A DNA stretch of 64,000 nucleotides from Torpedo marmorata (GCA_977017645.1 OZ360225.1:69874001-69938000), one strand, 5' to 3'; positions 51,263-62,569 are shown, numbered from the stretch's first letter. Notes: generated from the letters alone by a model not told the origin. Made by a program: numbers and translations.

Positions 51263-52284
51263 GTAGGTAACAACTAAAGAAAACATGGTTGAAAAATCAT
51301 CAAATAGTAGTATCAAATAAAGGATTTAAAAATGAATTCTGGCAAAATGTTAATCTTGAAGCCACACAAAGAGATAAATGAGCTCTGTCAAAGAAATTGG
51401 TGAACATGGTATTTATTTGTTCTTGTTGTTTTTTGAGTATTATCAAATGGGCAGATGAAGTTTATGACTGATGAGGAGTTTCCACTTTTGATCTGGTGAG
51501 GATGTATTATTGCCATATGCCATGGAATAGCAGATCAAAGCCTCCTTTCTGCATTGTGACAGAAGCTGAAGATCCATTCCCAGCAGAGCAATTAAAAGTG
51601 GACCCTTTATATTCCTATTCTGCTCAAAAGGACTGGAGAATTGCAGAAACATTCCTACCTGTGCCATACTTCATAAGAGGCTCTGTTTAAAAGTACATCC
51701 CAGGAAATATCTTCCATTTTCCATTGAGATAGCATTGGGGAGAAACATGAGAGGAAATGGTATTAAAAGAAGGCTACTGTGAACATTCCATAGCTTGTAT
51801 TTCTAACTGCAAAAGTAGATGGCATAGCAGTATAATTTTACAGTATGCAGCAAGTTGATTAAGTGTTAGGTTTTATCATTTTGAAGATAGATCTCCAGGT
51901 AGATGTTTTTTATCAAATCTCAATCAGGTCGTCAGGTGAGAACTTTATCAGAGGCAAGCTGTGGAAGTTTACCAGTGCAACTCCCATTGGCCATCTTCAG
52001 AACTGCAGTTGCAGACACTTGGCCTGAGAATTGGCTCCAAGAGGAACTAGGGAAACAGAGAGGAGCTACGCTTTCAACCTTAGTTAAACAATTTGTGAAT
52101 CTCAATGATGCCTTATTCTACTCTGAAAACTCATGCGTTTTTGAAAAAGCAAATTAAAGATCATTTAAAATATAAATTCATTGATGGGCAGGACCATATT
52201 TACTAATCATATCAAAACAATTTTAAAAGTTACTGTCACCATACTCTACTGATGAATCTACTACCAAGGTCATCAAAGGGTGAG

Positions 52285-52820
52285 ATAATGCTGCAACTAC
52301 TGGAGCTGTTGACTCGTGGCTGCAGTAGTATGGGTTCAATTGTGACCGGTGCTGTCTGTGTCTCCCTGCGACTGCATAGATTTCCTCTGTGTACTGATTT
52401 CCCACCATCTCCTAAAGATGTTCACGTTGGTGGGTTAATAGGCTACTGTAGATTGCTTTATGTCTGCAGGTTAGTGCTAAAATCTGGGGGAAGGGGGAGT
52501 GGATGGAAATGTGGGGAAAATAAAATGGAGTGAGAGCAAACGAGAACACGCTAGTTGGAGTGAAACACGAAAGTCTGCAGATGCTGCGGTTGTAGCGAAA
52601 ACACAGAAATCCTGGAGGAACTTAACAGGTCTCGCAGCGTCCATAGGAGGTAAAGATGTATAGCTTGAAGAAGGGCTCAGGCTCGAAACATCGGTTATAT
52701 ATCTTTACCTCCTCTGGACACTATGAGACCTGCTGAGTTCCTCCAGAATTACTATTTTCACATGCTAGTTGGTTCAGATTCATTGGTTCAAAGGGCCTGC
52801 TTCTTTGTTGTATCACTCTA
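52285..52820 (+). mobile_element. HE1-like SINE hosting a Penelope foldback insertion
   Basis: GGGTTCAATTGTGACCGGTGCTGTCTGTGT head and GGTTCAAAGGGCCTGCTTCTTTGTTGTATCACTCTA tail. Confidence 0.65.
52559..52759. mobile_element. 201-bp Penelope-derived hairpin element with hammerhead-like motif in the loop
   Basis: Arms CTGGAGGAACTTAACAGGTCTC..GGAGGTAAAGATGTATA and TATATATCTTTACCTCC..GAGACCTGCTGAGTTCCTCCAG. 13-bp TSD ACA(C/T)GCTAGTTGG at 52546-52558 and 52760-52772. Confidence 0.82.
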
Positions 52821-53416
52821 TAAATGTTAATTTCAGGATCAGTAATCCCAGTCATATGCGTGTGACTCAATAAAGGTATTTTTCCTAAAAGGGGAGTAGT
52901 TTTAAATAGGAAGACGTAGAAATATCAGCCAAGTATAAAACTAGAAGTTTCTATGCAATGAAAAATCTGTTTTATTCTTCCATGCAGAGAGGGGCATTAT
53001 GAAATCACTTTTTTGAGTGAAGGATAAAATTAGTTTGATTACCATTCTTTCATAGTGCAACACCAAAGTATTTAAAATTGCAATGCAACTATGCACACTG
53101 ATGTAGTGGAAACAAGTTATTTTGTGGTGTAAAGATGAAAAGATATGTAATATTTTTCCAGTTGAGCAGTCTGCTTAGTCAATACTTTTAATCTAAAGAG
53201 GATGAATTTACCCTCTTGTACAAAACATTTTAAAGTGTCTGTAATGATAGAGTGCTAGTGACACTCCTGACCACAAGAGGGAGTCAGAGACTAGATGGTT
53301 GCAGCTTGGGTTGGATTCAAGATGGATGCCTCCACACGGTGTGAGTTCTTTAGCTAATAAAGTATAGTAGTTTTAAAAGAACCCAAGTTTATTTATTGCT
53401 TAAAAGAAACATCACA

Positions 53417-53430
53417 TGGTACCAGGAGTG
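53417..53430 (+). promoter_or_regulatory. Primer-binding site complementary to the tRNA-Leu(UAA) 3' end
   Basis: TGGTACCAGGAGTG directly follows the 5' LTR and is the reverse complement of ...CACTCCTGGTACCA, the vertebrate tRNA-Leu(UAA) 3' end as I recall it. Confidence 0.8.
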
Positions 53431-53885
53431 AAAGAAACACCAGGAGTGTGCAGAGTGAGAAGCAGTCGAAAGCAGCAGAAAATATGGAAAGGTGAAGGCT
53501 CCTGATGCTGTAAATTGTACTGGAAATGTCAACCACGAGTGGAGGGTGTTCAAACAAAGATTCATGCTGTGCCTGCAAACCATTGGACTCGATAGGAAAC
53601 CTGATACACGGAAGATTGCACTGCTACTTACTGTGGCGGGACGTCAAGCACTAGAGGTTTTCAATACATTTGTTTTTGCCGAGGCAGCTGACCAGGGCAA
53701 GTTCGACAAGGTTATCGAGATGTTTGATGAACACTGTCCACCAAAGAAAAATGAAACGTTCGAGAGGTACATGTTTCGCTCGCGCACGCAGCTGCAGGGA
53801 GAGAGCTTTGATACTTTTTTAACGGAATTGAAATTAAAAGCAAGAACATGCAATTTTGGATCGCTGCAAGATTCAATGATCCATA

Positions 53886-54968
53886 ATCAGAATCAGAATC
53901 AGAATTTATTGTCATGAACAAGTCACAAAATTCGGTGTTTTGCGGCAGCATCATAGTGCAATTAACATTCATATTATAACCATCTTACGACATTACTATA
54001 AAAAATTATAAATAATAGTGCACGAAAAGTAAGGCAGTGTCTTTGGTTCGTTGTTTATTCAGGAATCTGATGGCAGCGGGGAAGAAGCTGTCCTTGTGCC
54101 GTTGAGTGCTCGTCTTTAGGCTCCTGTACCTTTTTCCCGATGGCAGCAGAGTGAAGAGGGCATGGCCTAGGTGGTGGGGGTCTTTGAGGATGAAGGCTGC
54201 TTTTTTAAGACACTGCCTCTTGTAGATGTCCTTGATGGAGTGAAGTCTGGTGCCTGTGATGTCACAGGCTGAGTTAACAACCCTCTGGAGTTATTCTTGT
54301 CCTGAGAGTTGGCGCCTCCATACCAGGCAGTGATGCAACCAGCCAGAATGCTCTCCACGGTACACCTGTAGAAGTTTACGAGAGTCTTCGGTGACATACC
54401 GAATCTCCTCAGACACCTCACAAAGTATAGCCGCTGACGAGCCTTCTTTGTGATTGCATCCACATGGATGCTCCAGGACAGATCCTCGGAGATGTTGACA
54501 CCCAGGAATTTGAAGTTCTTGACCCTCTCCACTACTGAGCCCTCGATGAGGACTGGGTCGTGTTCCTCTGACTTCCTCCAGAAGTCCACAATCATCTCCT
54601 TGGTTTTGCTGACGTTGAGCTCAAGGTTGTTGTCATTACACCATTCAATGAGCTGATCTATGTCCATCCTGTACGCTTCCTCATTGCCGTTTGTGATTCT
54701 GCCGACAACTGTGGTGTCATTGGCAAACTTGTAGATGGCATTGGAATTGTGCCTGGCCACACAGTCATGAGTGTATAACGAGTAGAGCAGTGGACTCAGC
54801 ATGCATCCTTGGGGTGCGCCTGTGTTGATAATCAGTGAGGAGGAGACGTTGTTTCCAATTCGTACTGACTGTGGTCTTCCGATGAGAAAGTCAAGGATCC
54901 AGTTGCAGAGTGGGGTACAGAGGCCTAGAGTTTGTAGCTTCTTGACCAGCATTGAGGGAATTGTGTTC
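53886..54968 (-). mobile_element. Rex1/Babar LINE inserted into the Gypsy gag gene
   Basis: ORF 54167-54973 has [33 protein letters not shown]. (ATTCTG)n tail at 53886-53903. Gag stops at DSMI and resumes at QIVF..IDNKVR. Confidence 0.93.
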
Positions 54969-57900
54969 ATCAAATTGTGTTCATTGTGTCATCAAATTGT
55001 GTTCAGGATTATTGATAATAAAGTGAGAGGTTGCTGTGAGAGACAAAGCTTACCTTAGCTGGAGCTGTGAAGATATGCCACGCCAGTGAATTAGCACTGC
55101 AGCACGCGAAAAAGTTCGGTGAGAGTGCAAAGGCCAGTGAAAACGAAGGCATAGCCGTAGCCACAGTGTGTATCCACACACATAAACAAAAAATGAGATA
55201 AAGGAAACAACAAAAAGATGTAGAGACATTCAAGTGCAAAGTATATGGCAGTCAACATTGCCCAAAACGATGCCCAGCCTATGGAAAAGTCTGTAATAAG
55301 TGCAAAGGGCAGAATCATTATGCAAAGCAATGTTTTACCAAAGGGAAACAAAACAGAAGTGAAACTGTACACACTATAGAAGAAAGTGTCCTCAGTGATA
55401 CACTTTTCATTGGCATGGTAGTGCAGGAAGATTATAACCAACAAAAACTGAACAGCCAAGCGTGAACAGAGTCAAGCAGGACAAGTGGACTGTGTCATTG
55501 CATACAAATGGAACAGATATTCCTTTCAAGCTGGACACAGGGGCAAAGGTCAATTTGATCTGTGAGCGTGACATCAGGGCAATGAAGATAAATCCATACA
55601 TCCATGCATATCCTGTACAGCTCAAAGCCTACAATGGACAGAGCATCGACATGAAAGGTACATGTAAACTCAAGGTTAAAGATAAAGATCACCACCTCAG
55701 GTTCGCAGTAGTCCCAGATGGACATGTATCACTGCTTGGTGACAAGCATGTGAAAACTTAAGCCTAGTCAAGAGGGTGTATCACATTAACAGCGCCAATG
55801 CATGGAACTGCATAGAGGAAATACTGGATCAATTTCCAGACATCTTCAAGGGGTTTGGAATTCTACCATTCACCTGTAAGATACAGTTAAAGGAGGACGC
55901 ACAGCCAGTAGTGCATGTCCCAAGGCGGGTTCCAGCGGCACTAAAAGAAAATCTCAAGCAGGAACTCGACCGAATGGCGTCACTAGGGGTCATAAAGAAA
56001 GTAGAGGAGCCCACAGAATGGGTGAATTCAATGGTGTGTGTCAAAAAGAAGAATGGTGACCTACGCGTGTGCATGGACCCAAAAGACTTGAATGCCAATA
56101 TAAAGAGGGAACATTATCAGATTCCGACCAGGGATGAAATTACAAGTGAGATGGCTGGTGCAAAGTTTTTCACTAAATTGGATGCAGCCCAGGGCTTCTG
56201 GCAAATAAACCTGCATGAAGATAGCACACAATACTGTACATTCAATACACCGTTTGGATGATACTCCTGTCTGAGGATGCCTTTTGGAATTTCCTCAGCT
56301 CTGGAAGTGTTCCACACGACAATGGAGCACATCATAGAAAGCATAAATGGGGTACGCGTGCACATGGATGACATGATCCTATGGGGATCCACACAAGAAC
56401 AACACAACGAGAGGCTCATCAAAGTGCTACAACGCATCCAGAAGTATGGATTAAAGTTAAACAGTGAGTTTGGTGTGAAGGAAATCACCTTTCTGGGAGA
56501 TTATCTGTCAGAGGCAGGTGTGGAGCCAGACAAGAGCAAGGTGAAAGCAATGCTAGAGATGCCCAGACCCACTAACAAAAAAGAGTGCTGAGAAATATCA
56601 ATTTCATTGGTAAATTCATACCAAACCTGTCTTCCAAAACAATGTACCTAAGGAAGTTGTTACAGGACAAATGTGAATTCAAGCGGACAGCCAACCACGA
56701 GGAAGAATGGGGACGACGGAAGACCATTGTAACTACAGAACCAGTACTTTTGACTAACTTTGATGCATCTAGAAGGATGAAAATATCTACAGACGCTTCA
56801 AAATATAGAATAGGTGCCGTACTACTTCAGGCTCTGGGAGAAGATTGGAGGCCAGTAGCATACGCATCAAGGACGATGACAAAATCTGAATGTCGATATG
56901 CACAGATCGAGAAAGAGTGTCTAGGTCTGGTCTATGGACTTGAGAAATTCCACAGTTATGTGTATGGTCTACCAACGTTTGTGGCAGAGACAGACCACAA
57001 GCCATTAATAGCCATAATCAAGAAAAATCTCAGAGAAATGTCGCTGAGAATCCAAAGACTGATGATGAAGCTACAACGTTATGACTTTGAATTGGTGTAC
57101 ACACCAGGGAAACCTATTGTGTTAGCTGATGCGTTATCCAGGGCAACGACGCAGAGTGAAGCACACAATGAGAGTTCCACAGAGACAGATGTGAATCTCC
57201 ACGTGTACCTGATCACTGAATCTCTTCCCGTATCTGACATGAAATCCAAGCACATCGCAGCTGAAATAGAAAAGGACACAGTTCTACAGAAGGTCACATA
57301 GAATCTTAATGAAGGATGGCCTCGAGGTGAATGTCTGCCATACTACAATATCAGACCTGAGCAGAGTGTCGTCAATGGGCTTCTACTCAGACAGAGCAGA
57401 ATTGTCATTCCTCAATCACTGCAACAAGAGATGCTGAAAAGGGCGCATGAGGGGCACCTTGGAATGGAAAAATGCAAGAGGAGGGCCAGAACTGCTGTTT
57501 GTTGGCCAGGGATAAATGCTGACATTGACAGGATGGTTTCCAGCTGTGAGACCTGTTTGAAACATCACACAAAGCAGGCAAAGGAACCCATGATAATAAC
57601 TGACTTACCAGCAGAACCATGGCAGAAAGTTGGGACTGATCTGTTCCACATGGATGGAAATAATTACTTGCTGGTTATTGATTATCTATCGAACTATGCT
57701 GAGATTGTGCTGCTTCCTAATATGTCTGCTGCTTGTGTGATCAAATATATGAAATCGATCTTTGCAAGACATGGAATTCCTCAAATTATCTACAATGACA
57801 ATGGACCATGCTACAGCTGTAGAGAATTCCAGAACTTTGCAGAAGAGTATGATTTTTGACATGTGACTTCAATTCCTCTGAATCCACAGTCAAATGGTAA

Positions 57901-59744
57901 AGCAGAGAAAGGAGTTCACATAGTTAAACAGTTGCTCAAGAAAGCACAAGACTGTGGTCAGGTCCTTATCTAGCTCTATTGACTTACAGAGCTTCGCCAC
58001 TTGATCATGGCACGTCACCCGCTGAGCTTCTGATGGGACGTAGACTACGCACCACACTTCCCTACTCTGCAGACCCAAACAAGAACAGAGATGTCGAAGA
58101 TGTCGAACGGAAACAAAAGCATCTGAAATGGAGACAAAAAGCAAACTATGACAAGTCAGCAAGAAGCTTAGGGCCACTGGCACAACATGACACAGTGAGT
58201 CTCAGTGATTCCAACACTTGGGCTACTGTTCTGGAGGAAGTAAATCCAAGATCCTACACTGTCAGAACAGAGGATGGTCAAATACTGAGAAGGAATCGAA
58301 AGAACCTGCTGAAAATGCAAGAGACACTGCAGGAACAGACAAATGCAGAAGATCCAGCCTGCACAGCAACAGAGGAAACACCACCAGTGCTAGACAGTAG
58401 TGGACTAGCAGAGCCGACACAAGCACCTGTGTTAAGAAGATCCACACGTGTTATCAAAGCACCTGACAGACTGAATCTCTAAAAGAAAAAGAACTGCACA
58501 CTTAAAAAGTTTGTGCTGCTGATGTTTGTGTTTACATTTGTGTTGAACTTTAAATTGAAATGAATACTGTATTAGTGTGTCATGTTGTTAGATTAAACAT
58601 CTCAAGGAAAGGGGATATCGTGATAGAGTGCTAGTGACACTCCTGACCAGTAGAGGGAGTCAGAGAATAGTTGGTTGCAGCTTCGGTTGGATTCAAGATG
58701 GATGCCTCCACACGGTGTGAGTTCTTTAGCTAATAAAGTATACATGTTGTTGTTTTAAAAGAACCCAAGTTTCTTTATTGCTTAAAAGAAACATCACAGT
58801 GTCTAAACACCAGTTCTTGTCAAATTTCAATCTGCATTTACCTATCACTCATCGCAGTATGACTCTTCTGTTGCTGTTTAAGAGCAATATCTTGCAATTG
58901 AATCATCATTTAAAACACTGAAATGACTATACTGTACAAGCTATGGGTTTTAGAAAAGATTTATCTAGATTTTTATTGGTAGCTGGAAGAAGTTCTTTTA
59001 TTTTATCTCTATACATTACTACTTTTATTATACATGCTGCATTGGATTGGTTTTTGTAGTATTGCTGTATTTCTAAATGAAGGTAATAATCACCTAACTT
59101 GGAAAATGAAAGCCAATTAAGTGATTTTTTCTGAATTATTAACAAAGTCCAGTTTATACTTAAGAGTCCTTTGGTTTCTTGCTGCATTCAGACACCATAA
59201 TTGGAAGTGCCTGCTCAATGTGAATCATGTGATATCGAGTCAGATGTAAAATCTTTACTTCAATTATCACAAATCAAGAATGCACTGTCCCCTGTCAGAC
59301 ATTTTCAAGGTCAATTATGACATATTGTTGCGAACCATCAAGGAGTCAGGAACTAGGCATTCTCAAAGTAAAAGAGAGGATTAAGACCTATGGGTTACAG
59401 TGTTAACTTCATTTTACAAACAGGAGAGATTGATTGATGGATATATGAGATCAATCCAAGTTGATGTAAGGAAAATGTCTCTTTCTTTTTAATGTCCCAT
59501 GAGCTTGCCTCACCCATTTCCTACCAGAGGAAAAGTTATTGCAGTTTCCCCATGCTCCACAACCACCCCAAATCTAAATGGTGAAATTCAAAAATAACTT
59601 CCATTTCAGGATGTCCTGAGTCACAGTGAATGAAACACTGAAATGTCATTGATGTTGCAGTTACATAATCAACTTTTTAGGTTTTAGTGTAAGAATAATT
59701 TTAAGAGAAATCTCTTCCACCTCTTAAAATTTTGCAGTGGGATC

Positions 59745-60085
59745 TGTCTCAGTTAGCCTGCGAGCCTCTTGACTCAAAAATTTGTGAGTTCACGTTCCAC
59801 TACAGACAGTTGTCAACAAAAATTTCGGCTGGCTCTCTGATATGGTGTTGAATGTGCATTGCACTATCTAAGGCACTGCTACTATCAAAAGGCCCATCTG
59901 CTCTCTCAGTCTGAAAATAAATGCACTGTTCAGCAGAGGACTACAGGTGTTTTCCATTGTGTTTAGCCTCAACCAATATTTAAAAACATTATTGGTCATT
60001 ATTATATTGCTGTTTTTTGGAGCAAAATTTGCATCAGTGTGTTTCACTCAACAGCAGTGATGATATTTGAGAATGTCCAAATAGC
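59745..60085 (+). mobile_element. Old Deu-domain SINE
   Basis: GCCTCTTGACTCA..GTGAGTTCACGTTCCACTACAGA..GGCCCATCTGCTCTCTCAG..CCTCAACCAA..TGGTCATTATTATATTGCTGTT. Confidence 0.6.
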
Positions 60086-60842
60086 GATCCCTATTCATGA
60101 TTACTGAGAAGAAATCTGGAAGAAGACCCTACAGGGTAAGAGACCACAGCTGTGGACCAGCACGGGATTCAGTGGCGGAAGGCCTCTCTGCAGGCTGCTG
60201 GAGACTGGCTTGTGGCAACCAAGTATCGGGAGCAGGATTCATGAGGGTGCCAATGACAAGCTGGGCTCACGAAGGACCCGTGGGCACTGATGAGCTTCCT
60301 AATCGTTTTGGAGGTTTGGAACCAGGAGCCGAGTGTGTGACTTGGGTGCCTGGAGTTCGAGTTCAATGCTGGAACGGAAGAGACGTCATGTGGCCATGGA
60401 GGCTACGGGAGGGTAGGAGGTGGTGGCATCAGAGGACATGGCATGATCTACAGCACTTGACATTTCTCTTTTGCTTTTGTTTCTCTTCTTGGTCGGGGTG
60501 CTGGACTAGTGGTGCCTCTTTGTGTGCCTTTACATGCAAACAAATGTAAACAAATTTTGTGTATTTGTGTACATGACAGTAAGGGGACCTTGAAACTTAA
60601 TGGACCCCTTCTTAAGCAGAGTGAACATTGAGAAGTTGTTCAGAATGTGAACTCAATGCTGAGAGGTCAGAGGTGCTGCCACGCCACGTCTTCATTTCAT
60701 GTAGTGTTTGTATGATTCAAAGCTGCATTTATAATTAGACCATAAAACATAGGAGCAAAAATAGACTATTCAGCCCATCGAGTCTGCCCTGCCATTTAAT
60801 CATGAGCTGATCCATTTTCCCACTCAGCCCCACTGCCTGGCC

Positions 60843-61259
60843 GACCCGCAAATTGGAGGAACAACATCTCATTTTCCGTCTCGGCACTCTCCAGCCAGAT
60901 GGCATTAACATTGACTTTTCTGCTTTCCACTAAACCTGCTTGTCGTTTCCTTCCCCTCCCCCCTCACCTGTCCTTCCTGTTTTTTTCCAGCCATCCCTCC
61001 TCCCCCTCTTTGCTGCTGTCCCCTCCCTCCTTTCTCCACCTATCATCTCCTGCCTTTGCCACCCCCCCTTCCCCCCCTCACTCTTTTGTTTGGACGCCTG
61101 CCGGCATTTTCTCATACTTTGATGAAGGGCTCAGGCCCGAAACGTCGGTTATGTATTTCTACCTTTGCTACATAAAAGACACTGTTTGACCTGCTGAGTT
61201 TCTCCAGCGTTTGTGTTTTTTACTTCAACCACGGTGTCTACAGATTTTCGTGTTTTACT
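60843..61259 (+). mobile_element. Penelope-like 3' end (GIY-YIG C-terminus plus pseudo-LTR)
   Basis: TRKL(G)..EQHLIFRLGTLQPDGINIDFSAFH* followed by a pyrimidine-rich UTR and the hammerhead motif. Confidence 0.85.
61113..61153 (+). ncRNA. Minimal type I hammerhead ribozyme motif (C3U variant, probably dimeric)
   Basis: CATACT-TTGATGA-A-GGGC-TCAG-GCCC-GAAA-CGTC-GGTTATG: core boxes, 4-bp stem II, palindromic ACGU stem III, GUC cleavage triplet ending at 61146, imperfect stem I. Confidence 0.7.
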
Positions 61260-61632
61260 TCTCCCCATATCCTTTGATGTCCTGGTTAATCAAGAACCTA
61301 TCAATCTCTGTCTTAAATACACCCATTTACCTGCCCTCCACAACTGCCGGTGGGAACAAATTCCACAGATTTACCATCCGCTGGCTGAAGAAATTCCTAC
61401 GCATTTCTGTTCTAGGCGGACACCCTTCAATCCTGAAGTTGTGCCCTCTTGTCCTAGACTCTCCCACCATGGTAAACAATCTTTCTTCATCTACTCTGTC
61501 CACGCCTTTCAACATTCTAAATGTTTCAATGAAATCCCCCCTCATTCTCCTAAATTCCAACAAATACAGACCAAGAGCTGTCAAACACTCCTCATATGAT
61601 AACTCTTTCATTCCCAGAATCATCCTAGTGAA

Positions 61633-61830
61633 GTAAAACACGAAAATCTGTAGACACCGTGGTTGAAGTAAAAAACGCAAATGCTGGAGAAACTCAGCAG
61701 GTCAAACAGTGTCTTTTATGTAGCAAAGGTAGAAATACATAACCGGCGTTTCGGGCTTGAGCCCTTCATCAAAGTATGAGAAAATGCCGGCAGGCGTCCG
61801 AACAAAGGAGTGAGGGGGGAAGGGGGGTGG
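61633..61830 (-). mobile_element. Second, inverted Penelope pseudo-LTR copy
   Basis: Reverse complement of about 61059-61259 with about 6 differences counted by eye. 12-bp TSD CATCCTAGTGAA at 61621-61632 and 61831-61842. Confidence 0.88.
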
Positions 61831-62294
61831 CATCCTAGTGAACCTCTTTTGAAGCCTCAACATCACATCCCTGCTTTTATATTCTATTCCTCTTGAAATG
61901 AATGCCAGCATTGCACTTGCCTTCTTCACCACCTCCTGATTGCTTCGGAGCTTAGTGTAAAATACTGTTTAATTTTAAAAAAAACCATAACAAGCCAAAA
62001 GGAAAGACAGTTATAGATTAGTTTATGGAAAAACAGGTTGTGCGACAGAAATGTAGAATGTAGGAATTTGTGGAAAGTGAGACTAGCCCAGATGAACACA
62101 TGTACAGTCAGAGAGCTGATGTGCAGGTTAAGTCAATTTTTTTGCCTCAGTCTTCTCTGTGGATGACACTGCAAATATTCCTAAAATAGCAGACGGGCAT
62201 TTCAAATAATAGGGAGGAAATTGTAAAAATCAGCCAATGTGTCTCCCTTGTTCTAAAGATGGGTAAATATAGCCTAGTTAGTTTAACATCTACT

Positions 62295-62569
62295 TTAATT
62301 TAATTTTTAAATTTTAATTTAGACATACAGCACGGTAACAGGCCAATTCGGCCCTACGTGTCCATGCCACCCAATTTACACCCCATTAACCTACACCCCC
62401 GGTACGTTTTGAACGGTGGGAGGAAACCGGAGCCCCTGGAGAAAACCCACGCAGACACGGGGAGAACGTACAAACTCCTTACAGACAGCGTGGGATTTGA
62501 ACCCCGGTCCAGTCCCGATCGCTGGCACTGTAAAGGCGTTGTGCTAATCGCTACGCCAACCGTGCCGCC
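62295..62569 (-). mobile_element. tRNA-derived V-domain SINE
   Basis: Same family as 13245-13500, inserted in a CR1 remnant. Confidence 0.88.

Larger units (their letters stand above)
53240..58798 (+). mobile_element. Full-length, decayed Gypsy/Metaviridae (Mag-like) LTR retrotransposon
   Basis: LTRs 53240-53416 and 58616-58798, 5-bp TSD GTGTC, PBS TGGTACCAGGAGTG, PPT AAGGAAAGGGGA. Gag with CNKCKGQNHYAKQC knuckle, protease FKLDTGA, RT VHMDDMIL, RNase H TDAS/AQIEKE/TDHKPL, integrase HEGH..C..C and DNGP, in PR-RT-RH-IN order. Multiple frameshifts and stops. Confidence 0.96.
60738..61932 (-). mobile_element. CR1-type LINE 3' portion hosting paired Penelope insertions
   Basis: Minus-strand MRGDFIETFRMLKGVDRVD..LFTMVGESRTRGHNFRI..RRNFFSQRMVNLWN, with the CR1 tail at 60738-60842. 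Confidence 0.88.

Noticed and set aside
53484-58482. Active or domesticated gag-pol gene
   Set aside because: Multiple frameshifts and stops, a LINE inserted in gag and diverged LTRs indicate a dead provirus.
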